DNA of 64,000 nt from Candidatus Melainabacteria bacterium 17Bon1m (GTDB taxonomy: Bacteria; Cyanobacteriota; Vampirovibrionia; Obscuribacterales; Obscuribacteraceae), in contig JAVLKG010000002.1 of NCBI GenBank assembly GCA_032128875.1, positions 448,001-512,000 on the forward strand, given 5' to 3'. The translations under genes were made by a program, and so were the position numbers. The notes beneath the pieces are model-generated. The model was not told the origin of the DNA. It made no database searches and saw nothing but the letters and a program-made list of their open reading frames with translations. Shown here in pieces: positions 1-9,803 of this stretch (its first letter is position 1; each line of letters begins with the position of its first letter).

Positions 1-165
1 AATTCTGATAGAAGGAAGACCGTAGCCGGCTATCGTTGTTCCCAGGCGAAGATTTATTGAACGAATTAACTCCCTCAGCCCCCGTATTCTCCGCATTTCG
101 CGCCACACTTATGCCACACATTAAGAGCAAGAGTAGGTCATGTCGGATTCACGAGGTAATCAGCA

Positions 166-600
166 ATGGGGCGCGATTGGATTGACGATAGAGCTGCAAG
201 CATGGCTCGAGACCTGGATAGAGGAAACGGTGAGCGAGTGGCAGATCAACTGCGAGAAGACGCTTCTCGGCTGAACCAGCGCGATTTCATGAATCTAGTG
301 CATCAGACACAGCGATACGATCGCAACGGCGTCGGCGACGATTTGGTAATCACACCGATTCCGGGCTACAACGGCGGCGGAAAAGAAATATCCGTGCGCG
401 TTCGCGAAACTGATAGGCACGGACGCCCTGTACTGGTAAACGAACCTGTTGCCCGTATCGAGCCACCGCCGCCTCCTGCTCCTGGACGTTATCCGCAAGA
501 GCAACAAGGTGTAGATCCTGCCTCCGTCTTGCTCGGAACAGCAATTGGCATTGGATTAACGACTATCCTGCGAAACAATCACGATCGCCATCGACGTTAA
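166..600 (+). CDS. Hypothetical protein with Pro-rich segment and C-terminal hydrophobic Gly-zipper-like helix
   Basis: 144-aa ORF with GAGG SD upstream; stop abuts the stop of the convergent HAD gene; no family recognised. Confidence 0.7.
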   Translation: MGRDWIDDRAASMARDLDRGNGERVADQLREDASRLNQRDFMNLVHQTQRYDRNGVGDDLVITPIPGYNGGGKEISVRVRETDRHGRPVLVNEPVARIEPPPPPAPGRYPQEQQGVDPASVLLGTAIGIGLTTILRNNHDRHRR

Positions 601-1293
601 CTAGTTGAATATTGCTTTTAGAACAGTCTGAGTGTCGGCCAGTGTGGAGAATAAATGATCGGGACATTGTGCCTCGAGCTCTTCCCTTGTGGTTCTGCCT
701 GAGTTAACCGCAAGACTTACTGCTCCATAATGCTTTGCACAGAGCACATCAAAGATACTGTCGCCGATAACGACAATTTCTCGGGGCTCGAATGTAGTCT
801 TGAAGTGTTGATCGGCTCTCAGTTTTGCGACATGCGGCAAATCGAGTCGGCTGGCCGAATCGGAGCCGTATGCACCCAAAGGAAAGTGATGATTGAGTTT
901 AAAGCGCTCTAGTTTCATGCGAGCGCCACGTTCGACATTGCCGGTCAGCAAACCCAGATACGCGTTTTCCATCATGGACAGAGCTGCCAGAATGTCTTCT
1001 ACGCCTTCGTGTACGATGTAGTGTTTGGTTTCGCTGATTTCAGTGGCCAGATGAACCAGATATTCTTCAATCATCGATGGAATGGCAGACTCAATTTCTT
1101 TTCTATCGATACCCGCCTGCGACATAATCTCAGTCAAGATTTGCGGATCCGTCTTGCCGGACATGGATAATTTTATGGTGGCAGGATCGATATCGTAGCG
1201 GTCTTTGAGCACCTTGCTGATAGCGCGGCGACCCGCTCCATCTGACGTGATCATAGTTTCGTCGATATCAAATAAAACTAGTCTCTTCTGCAT
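601..1293 (-). CDS. HAD-superfamily hydrolase (phosphoglycolate phosphatase-like)
   Basis: Motif I FDIDET, motif II LTGN, motif IV IGDSIFD; start overlaps the upstream stop (TAATG). Confidence 0.9.
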   Translation of the reverse strand: MQKRLVLFDIDETMITSDGAGRRAISKVLKDRYDIDPATIKLSMSGKTDPQILTEIMSQAGIDRKEIESAIPSMIEEYLVHLATEISETKHYIVHEGVEDILAALSMMENAYLGLLTGNVERGARMKLERFKLNHHFPLGAYGSDSASRLDLPHVAKLRADQHFKTTFEPREIVVIGDSIFDVLCAKHYGAVSLAVNSGRTTREELEAQCPDHLFSTLADTQTVLKAIFN

Positions 1294-4262
1294 TATTCTG
1301 CAGGCTTTGCATTGCCCGTGGTGTCAACAATAGATGGTGGCGCCGGCAGTGCCTGAGAAGCTTCTGACTCTTCGCCCTCGTAAATGCGAATTTGATCGCG
1401 TCCACTGTTCTTCGCCACGTAAAGTGCCTTGTCTGCTCTTTCTACGAGCTCTGCAGCACTGCTTGCTTGTTTGGGAAAAGAAGCCGCACCGATAGAGCAG
1501 GAGATTCTTCCGAGCCCGGGCACATGGCAGTTTCTAATTTGACTGCAGATACGATCACCGATTAAAGCTGCTTCAAACAGCGATGTTTCAGGCAAAATGA
1601 CTCCAAACTCTTCCCCGCCGTAGCGTGCCGGCGTGTCTCCAGATCGCAGGATTGTTTTGAGTATAGATGCAACCTGGCGGATGGCCGCGTCGCCGACCGG
1701 GTGGCCGTAGGTGTCGTTGATGACCTTGAGTTTGTCCAGGTCGACCATAAGCAGCGAGCAAGACGTGCCTTTTCTCTTTGCGAGATTGAGGTCTTCCTGC
1801 AGACGGTTTTTGAAATAAACGTGGTTGTATAGCGTCGTCAGACCATCTGTAATCGCCTGGTGTTTGACTGTGGCGAAAAGATGAGCGTGTTCGATCGCAA
1901 CTGCGACCTGGTCGGCAATGGCAGCAACTAAACGCACTTCAGTAGGCGTCCACTCCCTGGTGTTCTCGGTTTGATGAACAATGAGCAAACCGACCAATCT
2001 ATTTTCACTGACGAGCGGAGCTGCAATTAAAGAGCGCGTTCCGTTTTGATCGAGGAAGTGGCGGAACGGCATGGCACGTGAATCCATGTCGATGTCCGTA
2101 ATCACGGCTATCGGAGCTTCTTGAAGTGTGGTTGCATCCGGCGGCACCTGGATTAGTTCGCCGTCGTCGGTTTCTACAAAAGTCGCGTAGCCCTTGCTCA
2201 ATCTGTCTAAGTCTATACCGAGAATTGTGTTGCGGCCCGTGACCGGCTCCGCTCTGAGTTCTGCTGGAATCAAAGGTTCTATTTGATCGTGCTCGGAATT
2301 CGGACTGAGAGCTTCGCCAGTTTTTGCCTGGAATGCCTGCATTGTCGATGCCAGAAGATTGGCAGCACGAGTGGATTTTATTGTAGGCGTATGGGAGACG
2401 CGGAAGTCCATTTGATCAGGATAGAGGCTGACGCCTTTAACGCTTTCCAGATGCCCTGCATGGCATTCATGTGTGACCACCAGCGGACCTTCGTTTCTGG
2501 GTTGAGCAATTTGCACACGCTCGACTCCCAGTGCCTTCAGCAGCTCTCCTGTGACCGTATTCAATATCGTGTCGAGATCAAGAGAACTTCTTACGGAGCG
2601 GACAATATGATTGATCAAGACTTCCTGCTCAGCCATTTGCTTGGTACGGTTGTACAAGCGGGCGTGTTGCATAGCCAATGTGACCTGGCGCGCGATAGCT
2701 TCTACTAGTTCGAGCTCATAGTCCGTCCAAACACGAAGTCTGTCGCACTGATGTACGAGGATGATGCCCAGAGGACCTTCGTTGGTCGTAATTGGGCAGG
2801 CGATGAGCGAGCGAACCGATTTCCAATCTTGCGACTGTTCTTCTGTCGCATTTTCAAACAGCGGTGTATTCACGCCATCATCAAGGACATCCAGCGAGAG
2901 AATCGAGCCTTGTTGCAGAATCAGTTTGAGAACACTGTGTTTTGTAATCAATATAGATTTGTTTGCGAGCTCTGTTCCGCCTTTCTTCGGATCAGTCCAA
3001 ACATAGTCGAACATCAGCTCGTCATCGGACGTATCGAGCGTGCAATGCGTATCTACAAGCGCCAGGCAGCAGCGGCTGGAACCAAGTGCTTGGCCCAATT
3101 CGCGCACCGTAGTATTCAAAATTTGGTCGAGATCAAGTGACTTACGAATGGATTCTGAAACTTGATCGGTCATGTTCTTCATGTCCTGGTTCAATTCCAG
3201 GCGTGAGGCCATCTGGTTAAACGCGCGGGCTAACAGTCCGAATTCGTCGCGGGCAGGAACATTGACGCGTTTTGTGAAATCGCCGTGTCCGATCGCCAGT
3301 GATTCTTTGACCAGCAATCTGATGGTGCGCGTAAAGTGCAGCGTCGCCCAAAATGCCAGACCGACGGAAATGAGCACGCACGAGGCCGCAATTGCAGTGA
3401 GGAGAACCAGCCAATCATGTGCCTGTCCATAGATTTCGCTGACAGGCACACCAACGACCAACAGCCAATTCGTAGTCGGGACATGATCGAAAGCATATGC
3501 GCGTGTAACTGGGTCGGCGATTCCAACGGCTTCGTAACTGCCTCGCTGTGCTTTAGACCCCGCTGTCACCGATTTGGCCTTGGAAAAATCTTTGCCTTGC
3601 CAGTATTCATTTTGCAGAGTGCGAGCGATAACACGCTTTTGGCTGTCCACGACTGCAATTACAGTGTCGCTGTCGTCGCTCAATCCGTGGAACAAGCTAA
3701 GCACCGAATCAAGGTCAACAGATGCGAGCATCACGCCTTGATCTTTGATCGGCACAACTACCAGCACAGAAGGGTCACCACAGACCGGTGAATGTGTATA
3801 ACCGCTGATTGCCGGGATTCCCGACTTTTCTACAGTGGCAATGAATTCTTTTGTCGTTGAATCAAGCGTGACTGCTGTTGTTCTTGCTTTGACTCCGTAT
3901 TGACCTCGCTCGGCGGCAGCAATCAGTTTGCCGTCCTTGAGCAGAGCCAAATCGTGCCATTGTTTTTCAGCCTTGAGCGCTGTTTCGAAAATCTTCTGAG
4001 TGGCGTCTACCTTGCCCCCACGTAGGGCTGCAAGTTGAGCAATCGCACCGGCCGTATCGATTTGTGTTTGAGTCCACTGATGCAGGCTGCGAACCGCAAT
4101 GGCGGCCTGGAAAGTGGTGGCACGAGAGGCTTCGAGCCTGAGTGTCTGGTAAGACTTATATAAGGTGAAGCTGCCGATGGCGATTAACGGCGCAGCCACT
4201 CCAAGACACAAGAGGAGCATTCTTGTGCGGATACTACAGGGGTTGGATAGCGATCTCAGCAC
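1293..4262 (-). CDS. Membrane diguanylate cyclase (TM-Cache-TM-HAMP-GAF-GAF-GGDEF)
   Basis: Two TM helices; HAMP (DEFGLLARAFNQMASRL); two GAF domains; DGLT..YN, DLDKLKVINDTYGHPVGD, RSGD I-site, RYGGEEF active site. Confidence 0.93.
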   Translation of the reverse strand: MLRSLSNPCSIRTRMLLLCLGVAAPLIAIGSFTLYKSYQTLRLEASRATTFQAAIAVRSLHQWTQTQIDTAGAIAQLAALRGGKVDATQKIFETALKAEKQWHDLALLKDGKLIAAAERGQYGVKARTTAVTLDSTTKEFIATVEKSGIPAISGYTHSPVCGDPSVLVVVPIKDQGVMLASVDLDSVLSLFHGLSDDSDTVIAVVDSQKRVIARTLQNEYWQGKDFSKAKSVTAGSKAQRGSYEAVGIADPVTRAYAFDHVPTTNWLLVVGVPVSEIYGQAHDWLVLLTAIAASCVLISVGLAFWATLHFTRTIRLLVKESLAIGHGDFTKRVNVPARDEFGLLARAFNQMASRLELNQDMKNMTDQVSESIRKSLDLDQILNTTVRELGQALGSSRCCLALVDTHCTLDTSDDELMFDYVWTDPKKGGTELANKSILITKHSVLKLILQQGSILSLDVLDDGVNTPLFENATEEQSQDWKSVRSLIACPITTNEGPLGIILVHQCDRLRVWTDYELELVEAIARQVTLAMQHARLYNRTKQMAEQEVLINHIVRSVRSSLDLDTILNTVTGELLKALGVERVQIAQPRNEGPLVVTHECHAGHLESVKGVSLYPDQMDFRVSHTPTIKSTRAANLLASTMQAFQAKTGEALSPNSEHDQIEPLIPAELRAEPVTGRNTILGIDLDRLSKGYATFVETDDGELIQVPPDATTLQEAPIAVITDIDMDSRAMPFRHFLDQNGTRSLIAAPLVSENRLVGLLIVHQTENTREWTPTEVRLVAAIADQVAVAIEHAHLFATVKHQAITDGLTTLYNHVYFKNRLQEDLNLAKRKGTSCSLLMVDLDKLKVINDTYGHPVGDAAIRQVASILKTILRSGDTPARYGGEEFGVILPETSLFEAALIGDRICSQIRNCHVPGLGRISCSIGAASFPKQASSAAELVERADKALYVAKNSGRDQIRIYEGEESEASQALPAPPSIVDTTGNAKPAE

Positions 4263-4437
4263 TGCCAGACCTGCGTTTTACGGAGTGGAATAATATCGGG
4301 TGCCGTTTGGTTGATATCCCATGGAGCCAAGGATTCCAGTGAGATTATAAGTGTTATTTAAAAGAGTAAAAGAGTCTATTTGTTTTAGAAATGACGTTTT
4401 TACTAAAACGGGTGGGGAAAATACGTATTGAATTAGG

Positions 4438-5643
4438 TTAATTTCTACGGCTCGAGCCAGCCAGAGCTCGTTCTTGAGCAGTTTCCTTCTCGGCAGTGAG
4501 CAAACACTCGAAAGCTTTATCGGTGTCGAGCGGAACTTTGTTTTCCAAATCGAGAGTGAGCCCCATCCGCATAGCTAAAAGGATTTCCTCGCCGGCTTTC
4601 TCCTTATTGCCCTGGCGCAGATAGACATCAACTTTCACCATCCGTGCCACCAGGCATTGCTCATCGAATTCCAATGCGCGCTCTGAAAGATTGATGGCAT
4701 CAACTAGCTCACCATCCGCAAACGCAGCACAGGCGGCGGCTGCGAGCAATGTACCTTTGAGTTCGCCATCTACATTCGGGTAGTTTGATGTAAGCAAAAA
4801 TGCTTGTCTGGATTTTTTGTATTCCCGACGACGATAGGTAAGAATACCTTCAAGAAAGTTTGCATAGAGCGGATGGCGATATTCAGATTTCAGCCTGCCG
4901 AGCAAGCGCTTTGCCTGGCGGCGTAATCCGGCTCGATCATATAGAAGTCCAACACGGAAGGCCAGACGTGCGCTTTCGGGGCTGGCATGCCAGGTAGAAA
5001 TTGCTCTTCTCAGCTCGTCAGAAGCCGCAGGTCTGGTCAGCTCTGAAAACCAGAGACGTACTCTAGCGGTACGCATCATCCACACATAAATCGCGCCCAG
5101 AACGACGTGCACCGTAACCAGTGGCATGCGAGCAGCGATCGGAGCCATGGACATTGCCGCGCTCCACTTGGTGCCGCCAAATCCAACCAGAGCAAGTATT
5201 GGCTCTGCAATGAAGTTGAGACCAAGTACGAATGCCGCGGTATACCCAATCACTGTAGATAAGAATGGGTGCGGTCTGAAAAGCAGTGCCGGCAACAACA
5301 GAAGCGCCAGAATGCACTGAATGATCTCGCCTGCAAACAATGAAGGGATGACGAAACGTTCGGAGGTCAAACCGGCAGGAATCGCTTCATACCAGATAAA
5401 TCCATACGTAAAGCTCTTGATGAAGCCACCAAGAAACTCGGTCGTCACAGTCGTCGCTCGCATATCGAGAAAAACGAAAAGCGGGAAGATGACAAACACG
5501 ACGAGCCGCCAGGCAAAGGCCCGGTCTTCATCGTTCAAATCTTCTTTTGCCAGCCGGTATCGTTCAGTCCACAAGCGATACAGCGTACTTGCCGCTATGA
5601 CGGTTGTGAGAAGCGCTACGCACCACAGGTAAACCTGATTCAT
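4438..5643 (-). CDS. Multi-TM + TPR protein; degenerate M50-like paralogue of the neighbouring gene
   Basis: Aligns by eye with 5728..6921 but HELGH is replaced by DMRAT; C-terminal TPR-like helices. Confidence 0.8.
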   Translation of the reverse strand: MNQVYLWCVALLTTVIAASTLYRLWTERYRLAKEDLNDEDRAFAWRLVVFVIFPLFVFLDMRATTVTTEFLGGFIKSFTYGFIWYEAIPAGLTSERFVIPSLFAGEIIQCILALLLLPALLFRPHPFLSTVIGYTAAFVLGLNFIAEPILALVGFGGTKWSAAMSMAPIAARMPLVTVHVVLGAIYVWMMRTARVRLWFSELTRPAASDELRRAISTWHASPESARLAFRVGLLYDRAGLRRQAKRLLGRLKSEYRHPLYANFLEGILTYRRREYKKSRQAFLLTSNYPNVDGELKGTLLAAAACAAFADGELVDAINLSERALEFDEQCLVARMVKVDVYLRQGNKEKAGEEILLAMRMGLTLDLENKVPLDTDKAFECLLTAEKETAQERALAGSSRRN

Positions 5644-5727
5644 ATGAGTTGCTTGTAATGTCTAGCCGGGGTTTCCAAATTGGCTTGTCATTATAAGTAA
5701 GCTCAAGTCGTCAAGTCTGAAATCTAT

Positions 5728-6921
5728 TCACTCCTTGGCAACGTTTCCTTGCTTTGCGATTGCTAATTCTCTCGGTATCAGGTCAGGGAGTGCCAGATCC
5801 AGCCATTTTCTTTCTTGTGCAGAATAGAGATCAACTTCTGCTCGATCGTAAAGACCAGCTTTATTAAGTAAAACGGCTCTGTGAAAAAGACCGTCGCCCA
5901 CATCCGGCAAAACCTTAATAGCCATTGTGTAGGCCCATACGGCGTTTCCCCACCTCTCGGTATTTGCCAGCTTAGACTGAGGCACGCGTAGTAGGCGCTC
6001 GTCCTCTGCTAGTCCGATGGCAATGAATGCCTTGCCTCGCAAAAGGGGTTCGGCCGCGAGGTTCTCTGCCAATTTTTTGAAACAGCCGATAGCCTGGTCC
6101 GTTTTTCCTTGGGCGTGGCGGACCCACCCTTCTAATAAATGTGTATCGGGCAGGCTCGGGTCGGCAGCGAAGGCATCCTTGACGCAAGTGAGCGCTTGAT
6201 GGTCCAGCCCTGCCGTATAAAAGGACCAACCTACTTCCAGAATGTGCTCTGCCGTCGGTACGCGTTCTGCTTTCGCTTGTACGAAATGATGTTTTCTTGC
6301 CCACGAAGGATTGGTCTTTTCTGCAAACCACAATCTCAGTCGCTGGGAGTAAACACAATAGACCATCACCCCAACCGTAAGCAGGTGTGAAATTCCTATC
6401 GCTATCACAGCGCCCCTCTCCGGGTTGCTGTAGATAATGCGCCAGTCTCCGTAGAACCCAAAAATCGACATTATGGTGTAGAAGATGAGCGTTTCACCGA
6501 TGGACCAGAGCGCAGAATAGGTGCAAAGTGCCACCACCCATGGTGTCTTTGCCATGACTGCAATCCACAAGAAAATCAATCCTGTCAAAACTTGCATGGC
6601 GTTTCCGGCCAAGAAAATCGTCAGATATTGAGCGGAATTGAAGCTGCCATCAGGTGTTACAGACCCCCAGAGAATTCCATAATGGAAGTCTCTGACTGTT
6701 CCACCTAGCAGTAAAATGGCAGCGACGTGGCCAAGTTCGTGAATCATTACCACCGCAGGCAGTATCAATAACATTGAAGCCTGTTTTAAAATATGGCGAT
6801 CAACTGCTGTCAGCTGATCGTCTATAATTCCAGCCCAGCCTCTTTTTAGAAGGATAGCCGTGTAGATCATGATTGGAATCATGAGCCAAACAGTTAGGTC
6901 ATGCTCGTAGAGCCAATTCAT
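5728..6921 (-). CDS. M50-like (site-2-protease clan) intramembrane metallopeptidase with C-terminal TPRs
   Basis: HELGH within a TM segment, FLAG motif, GDW as probable third zinc ligand, TPR-like C-terminus. Confidence 0.8.
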   Translation of the reverse strand: MNWLYEHDLTVWLMIPIMIYTAILLKRGWAGIIDDQLTAVDRHILKQASMLLILPAVVMIHELGHVAAILLLGGTVRDFHYGILWGSVTPDGSFNSAQYLTIFLAGNAMQVLTGLIFLWIAVMAKTPWVVALCTYSALWSIGETLIFYTIMSIFGFYGDWRIIYSNPERGAVIAIGISHLLTVGVMVYCVYSQRLRLWFAEKTNPSWARKHHFVQAKAERVPTAEHILEVGWSFYTAGLDHQALTCVKDAFAADPSLPDTHLLEGWVRHAQGKTDQAIGCFKKLAENLAAEPLLRGKAFIAIGLAEDERLLRVPQSKLANTERWGNAVWAYTMAIKVLPDVGDGLFHRAVLLNKAGLYDRAEVDLYSAQERKWLDLALPDLIPRELAIAKQGNVAKE

Positions 6922-6924
6922 GCC

Positions 6925-7818
6925 TTACTTGCCGAAAAATTTGACCAGGATAATCGAGAGTCCGTAGAGTGCTATCAGGGCCGCCATAGTAACAAGCATC
7001 GAAAACGCCGTCGGGTCCGGGGTTACAACCGCAGCCAGTATGCCGGCTCCGAAAATTGCGTAACGCCAAAATTTGAGCAGATGCTTTGAGGTAATCAGAC
7101 CGGTGAAAGAAAGTGCGCAAATTACCAGCGGCAATTGGAAGCATAGTCCCATATAAAGTAGGAAAGAGCTTACCAATGAGACATAGAAATCCAGGCGCTG
7201 ATGGACTTGAATCACACCTTCGCCAAAGCTGGCAAAGAAGTGAAGCATGCTCGGCAATACTAAGAAATAAGCGAAAGCAACCCCCGTAAAGAAGAGAAGC
7301 GGGCTGCAGATGACGATCGGCAAGACGACCTTCTTTTCCGTCTTCGTCAATCCTGGAGCGATAAAACGACAAATCTCGTTGAGAATGAAAGGGGCGGCAA
7401 TGACAATGCCTGTGTAAAAGCTCACCTTTAAATAGACAATAATCGGCTCTTCCAGAGAAAGTGCCTGAAATGGAATATTGCCCGCTGGAGCTTTGAGTAT
7501 CCTCAAAATATCCTTGCCAAAATAAAGCGCAATGGAAACACCGATGAGAACTGCAAAGAACGAACGGATAATCCCCATCCTGAGTTCTTCCAGATGCTCT
7601 ATGACGGACATCACATGTCCTTCGCCATCCTTAGGAGCGGTGTCTGTATTTCCGGAATCTACTGAGTCCGACATCAGCGACAGCGCGCTGCCTTCGTCGT
7701 CCCGGATGGATTCAGCAACCAACGCAGTGCTCTGCGCCTCCGTCGATACGGCCTCGACGGGGGACTGCTGCTCTAGGTTCTCTTGATGTAGATCAGAGGT
7801 CACTTGCGTAAACGTCAC
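6925..7818 (-). CDS. tatC: Twin-arginine translocase subunit TatC
   Basis: EHLEELR, FIAPGL, FQLP and TPDP motifs; six TM segments; acidic N-terminal extension. Confidence 0.95.
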   Translation of the reverse strand: MTFTQVTSDLHQENLEQQSPVEAVSTEAQSTALVAESIRDDEGSALSLMSDSVDSGNTDTAPKDGEGHVMSVIEHLEELRMGIIRSFFAVLIGVSIALYFGKDILRILKAPAGNIPFQALSLEEPIIVYLKVSFYTGIVIAAPFILNEICRFIAPGLTKTEKKVVLPIVICSPLLFFTGVAFAYFLVLPSMLHFFASFGEGVIQVHQRLDFYVSLVSSFLLYMGLCFQLPLVICALSFTGLITSKHLLKFWRYAIFGAGILAAVVTPDPTAFSMLVTMAALIALYGLSIILVKFFGK

Positions 7819-7934
7819 AGGTTATAGAAGCTAATGATAGTGCGCGTCTCGGCAATCGTCCACAGAGACGGTTCATTTGTTTAACTACGGCTTCTTTGGG
7901 GCTTGCCAGTCCCCCTGACATGTTGTCGAAGAGA

Positions 7935-8735
7935 TTACTTGTTGAAGCCACGTTTTGAAGCAATGAAGCCTAGCGCTACTCCGGCTGCGATGGCGACATT
8001 CAGCGACTCAGAGCGCTCACTGATTGGAATGGCAATGATTCTGTCTGCCTTACACATATTTTCGTCCGTCAAGCCGTTTCCTTCATTGCCCAGCAGCAGC
8101 GCCAGTTTGTCCGGAAAGTCCGCTGTCCAGAGATTTTCCTTCGCCTTTTGATCCATCGCGAAGCTTGTGATTTGATGAGCCTTTAGCTGTTTTATTACAG
8201 CATCAAAAAGCACGTCGGCGGCAATCGGTAAAGCGAACAAAGCACCCATCGCAGAACGAACGACTTTCGGACTAAATGGATCGACTGTTCCCTTTGTGAG
8301 CACGACGGCAGTGGCTCCAAATGCCAATCCAGCGCGCATGATTGTCCCTAGATTACCCGGGTCTTGCACCGTATCTGCCACTATTATGAAAGCATTTTCC
8401 TGGTTCAAAACTTCTTCCAACTCATACCTTTTGATATGGGCTGTTGCCAAAATCCCTTGCGGTGTCTCAGTTGTAGCCAGTTGTGAGAAGAGAGAATCTT
8501 CTACGACGACAATTTCGTCTATCGCCAGGTTCGGCATGCCACTCATGCCGTTTTGCAAATAGGTGTTGCTAACGATTATGTCTTCGATTTCAATGCCATT
8601 GGAAAAGGCTTCCTGCAGCAGCTTTGCACCTTCCAATAGAAACATTCCACTTTCTTTGCGCCCTTTACGGTCGTGCAGAGATCTCACTGTCTTTAGCAGT
8701 GGATTGGCGGTACTGGCTATTTCTTTTACTTTCAC
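7935..8735 (-). CDS. TrmH/SpoU-family RNA 2'-O-methyltransferase
   Basis: QDPGNLGTIMR, GNEGNGL and ESLNVAIA SPOUT motifs. Confidence 0.93.
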   Translation of the reverse strand: MKVKEIASTANPLLKTVRSLHDRKGRKESGMFLLEGAKLLQEAFSNGIEIEDIIVSNTYLQNGMSGMPNLAIDEIVVVEDSLFSQLATTETPQGILATAHIKRYELEEVLNQENAFIIVADTVQDPGNLGTIMRAGLAFGATAVVLTKGTVDPFSPKVVRSAMGALFALPIAADVLFDAVIKQLKAHQITSFAMDQKAKENLWTADFPDKLALLLGNEGNGLTDENMCKADRIIAIPISERSESLNVAIAAGVALGFIASKRGFNK

Positions 8736-8756
8736 TTGGGTGTTCTAAAAGAGTGA

Positions 8757-8779
8757 AGGGCGACGCCATGCGCCGCCCT
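8757..8779 (-). terminator. GC-rich hairpin after rplT (possible terminator or stabiliser)
   Basis: Minus strand AGGGCGGCGC-ATG-GCGTCGCCCT followed by TCACTCTTTT. Confidence 0.45.
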
Positions 8780-8817
8780 CACGAGATTCTAAACGTTCCG
8801 GCATTGCCAGAACATCA

Positions 8818-9183
8818 CTATTTCTTACGACCGACAGCGGCTTTGGCTGCGTCTACGAGACCAGCAAATGCCTTTTCATCGGTAACTGCCATGTGTGCCA
8901 AAACCTTGCGGTTGAGGTTGATGCCTTCTTTTTGCAGACCGTGCATGAAGAGCGAATAGCTCAGTCCATTGGCGCGGGTGCCGGCGTTGATGCGGGTGAT
9001 CCAGAGGCGTCTGAAATCACGTTTGCGCTTTCTTCTGTCAGCAAATGCATTGCGCCATGCGCGCATGATTGCTTGGTTGGCGGCGATGAAAAGTCTCGAT
9101 TTCGAGCCGCGAAAACCTTTTGCGTACTTGAGGATTTTCTTGTGCCGTTTTTGCAGCACATTCCCACGTTTTACTCTTGCCAT
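8818..9183 (-). CDS. rplT: 50S ribosomal protein L20
   Basis: MARVKRG...[14 protein letters not shown]. Confidence 0.98.
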   Translation of the reverse strand: MARVKRGNVLQKRHKKILKYAKGFRGSKSRLFIAANQAIMRAWRNAFADRRKRKRDFRRLWITRINAGTRANGLSYSLFMHGLQKEGINLNRKVLAHMAVTDEKAFAGLVDAAKAAVGRKK

Positions 9184-9344
9184 CTTTATCTCCTTCTTGG
9201 CCCACTAATGGGCTCAGGGTTTGTGTGGTTCCTTCGGAATGTGCTTCTTGGCAATGCCAAGCGCGAAACCAGCCATCGGAGAGGAGACTTCCTTATGCAA
9301 GGCGCTCGCTCATTCGAAGGAATGCGAACATGTACAAGGACTTC

Positions 9345-9554
9345 TTAGCGAAGATACTTGGTGTACGGGAAGCACTCCAGGATGTTGTCTTCCTGGGTCT
9401 TATCGAGAGGAGCCCATCCTCTCAATTTTCTCTTGACATTTGCCGACATCCATTCGTTGATGTGGCGCTTGCCGGCTTGGCGGCGCAGGACTTTGCCAGT
9501 ACCGGTTATTTTGAACCGGCGGGCAGCCGCCTTATTGGTCTTCATCTTAGGCAT
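9345..9554 (-). CDS. rpmI: 50S ribosomal protein L35
   Basis: MPKMKTNKAAARRFKITGTGK; lies between infC and rplT. Confidence 0.97.
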   Translation of the reverse strand: MPKMKTNKAAARRFKITGTGKVLRRQAGKRHINEWMSANVKRKLRGWAPLDKTQEDNILECFPYTKYLR

Positions 9555-9643
9555 TGCCAGTGACCCTTTTCGTTTCTTATTGGTGGATACGAATTACGTT
9601 TTGCCGGGTTCGGCTAACGTTTCACCATCTCAAAGACAGTGAA

Positions 9644-9783
9644 TTAAACCCCAGTTTTGGGGTCCGGCTTTTCCGCAAGCAAAGGTTGCCCCTGCGGCGG
9701 AATTGCAGAGAGGTCCATGATAACAGACTTGTCTCCAATTATGGCTGCCTGTCAATCATTGCTAAATGTTTTAGCAATCGAAA
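9644..9783 (-). pseudogene. Degenerate second copy of the infC 3' end
   Basis: Translates LKHLAMIDRQP*L(frameshift)DKSVIMDLSAIPPQGQPLLAEKPDPKTGV*, versus the IF3 C-terminus LKELAIIDREPRLEGKSVIMILSAIPQRGKPQPLEKPEPPKAGP*. Confidence 0.85.
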
Positions 9784-9803
9784 GTTCCAGAAGCCCTGGT
9801 TAA

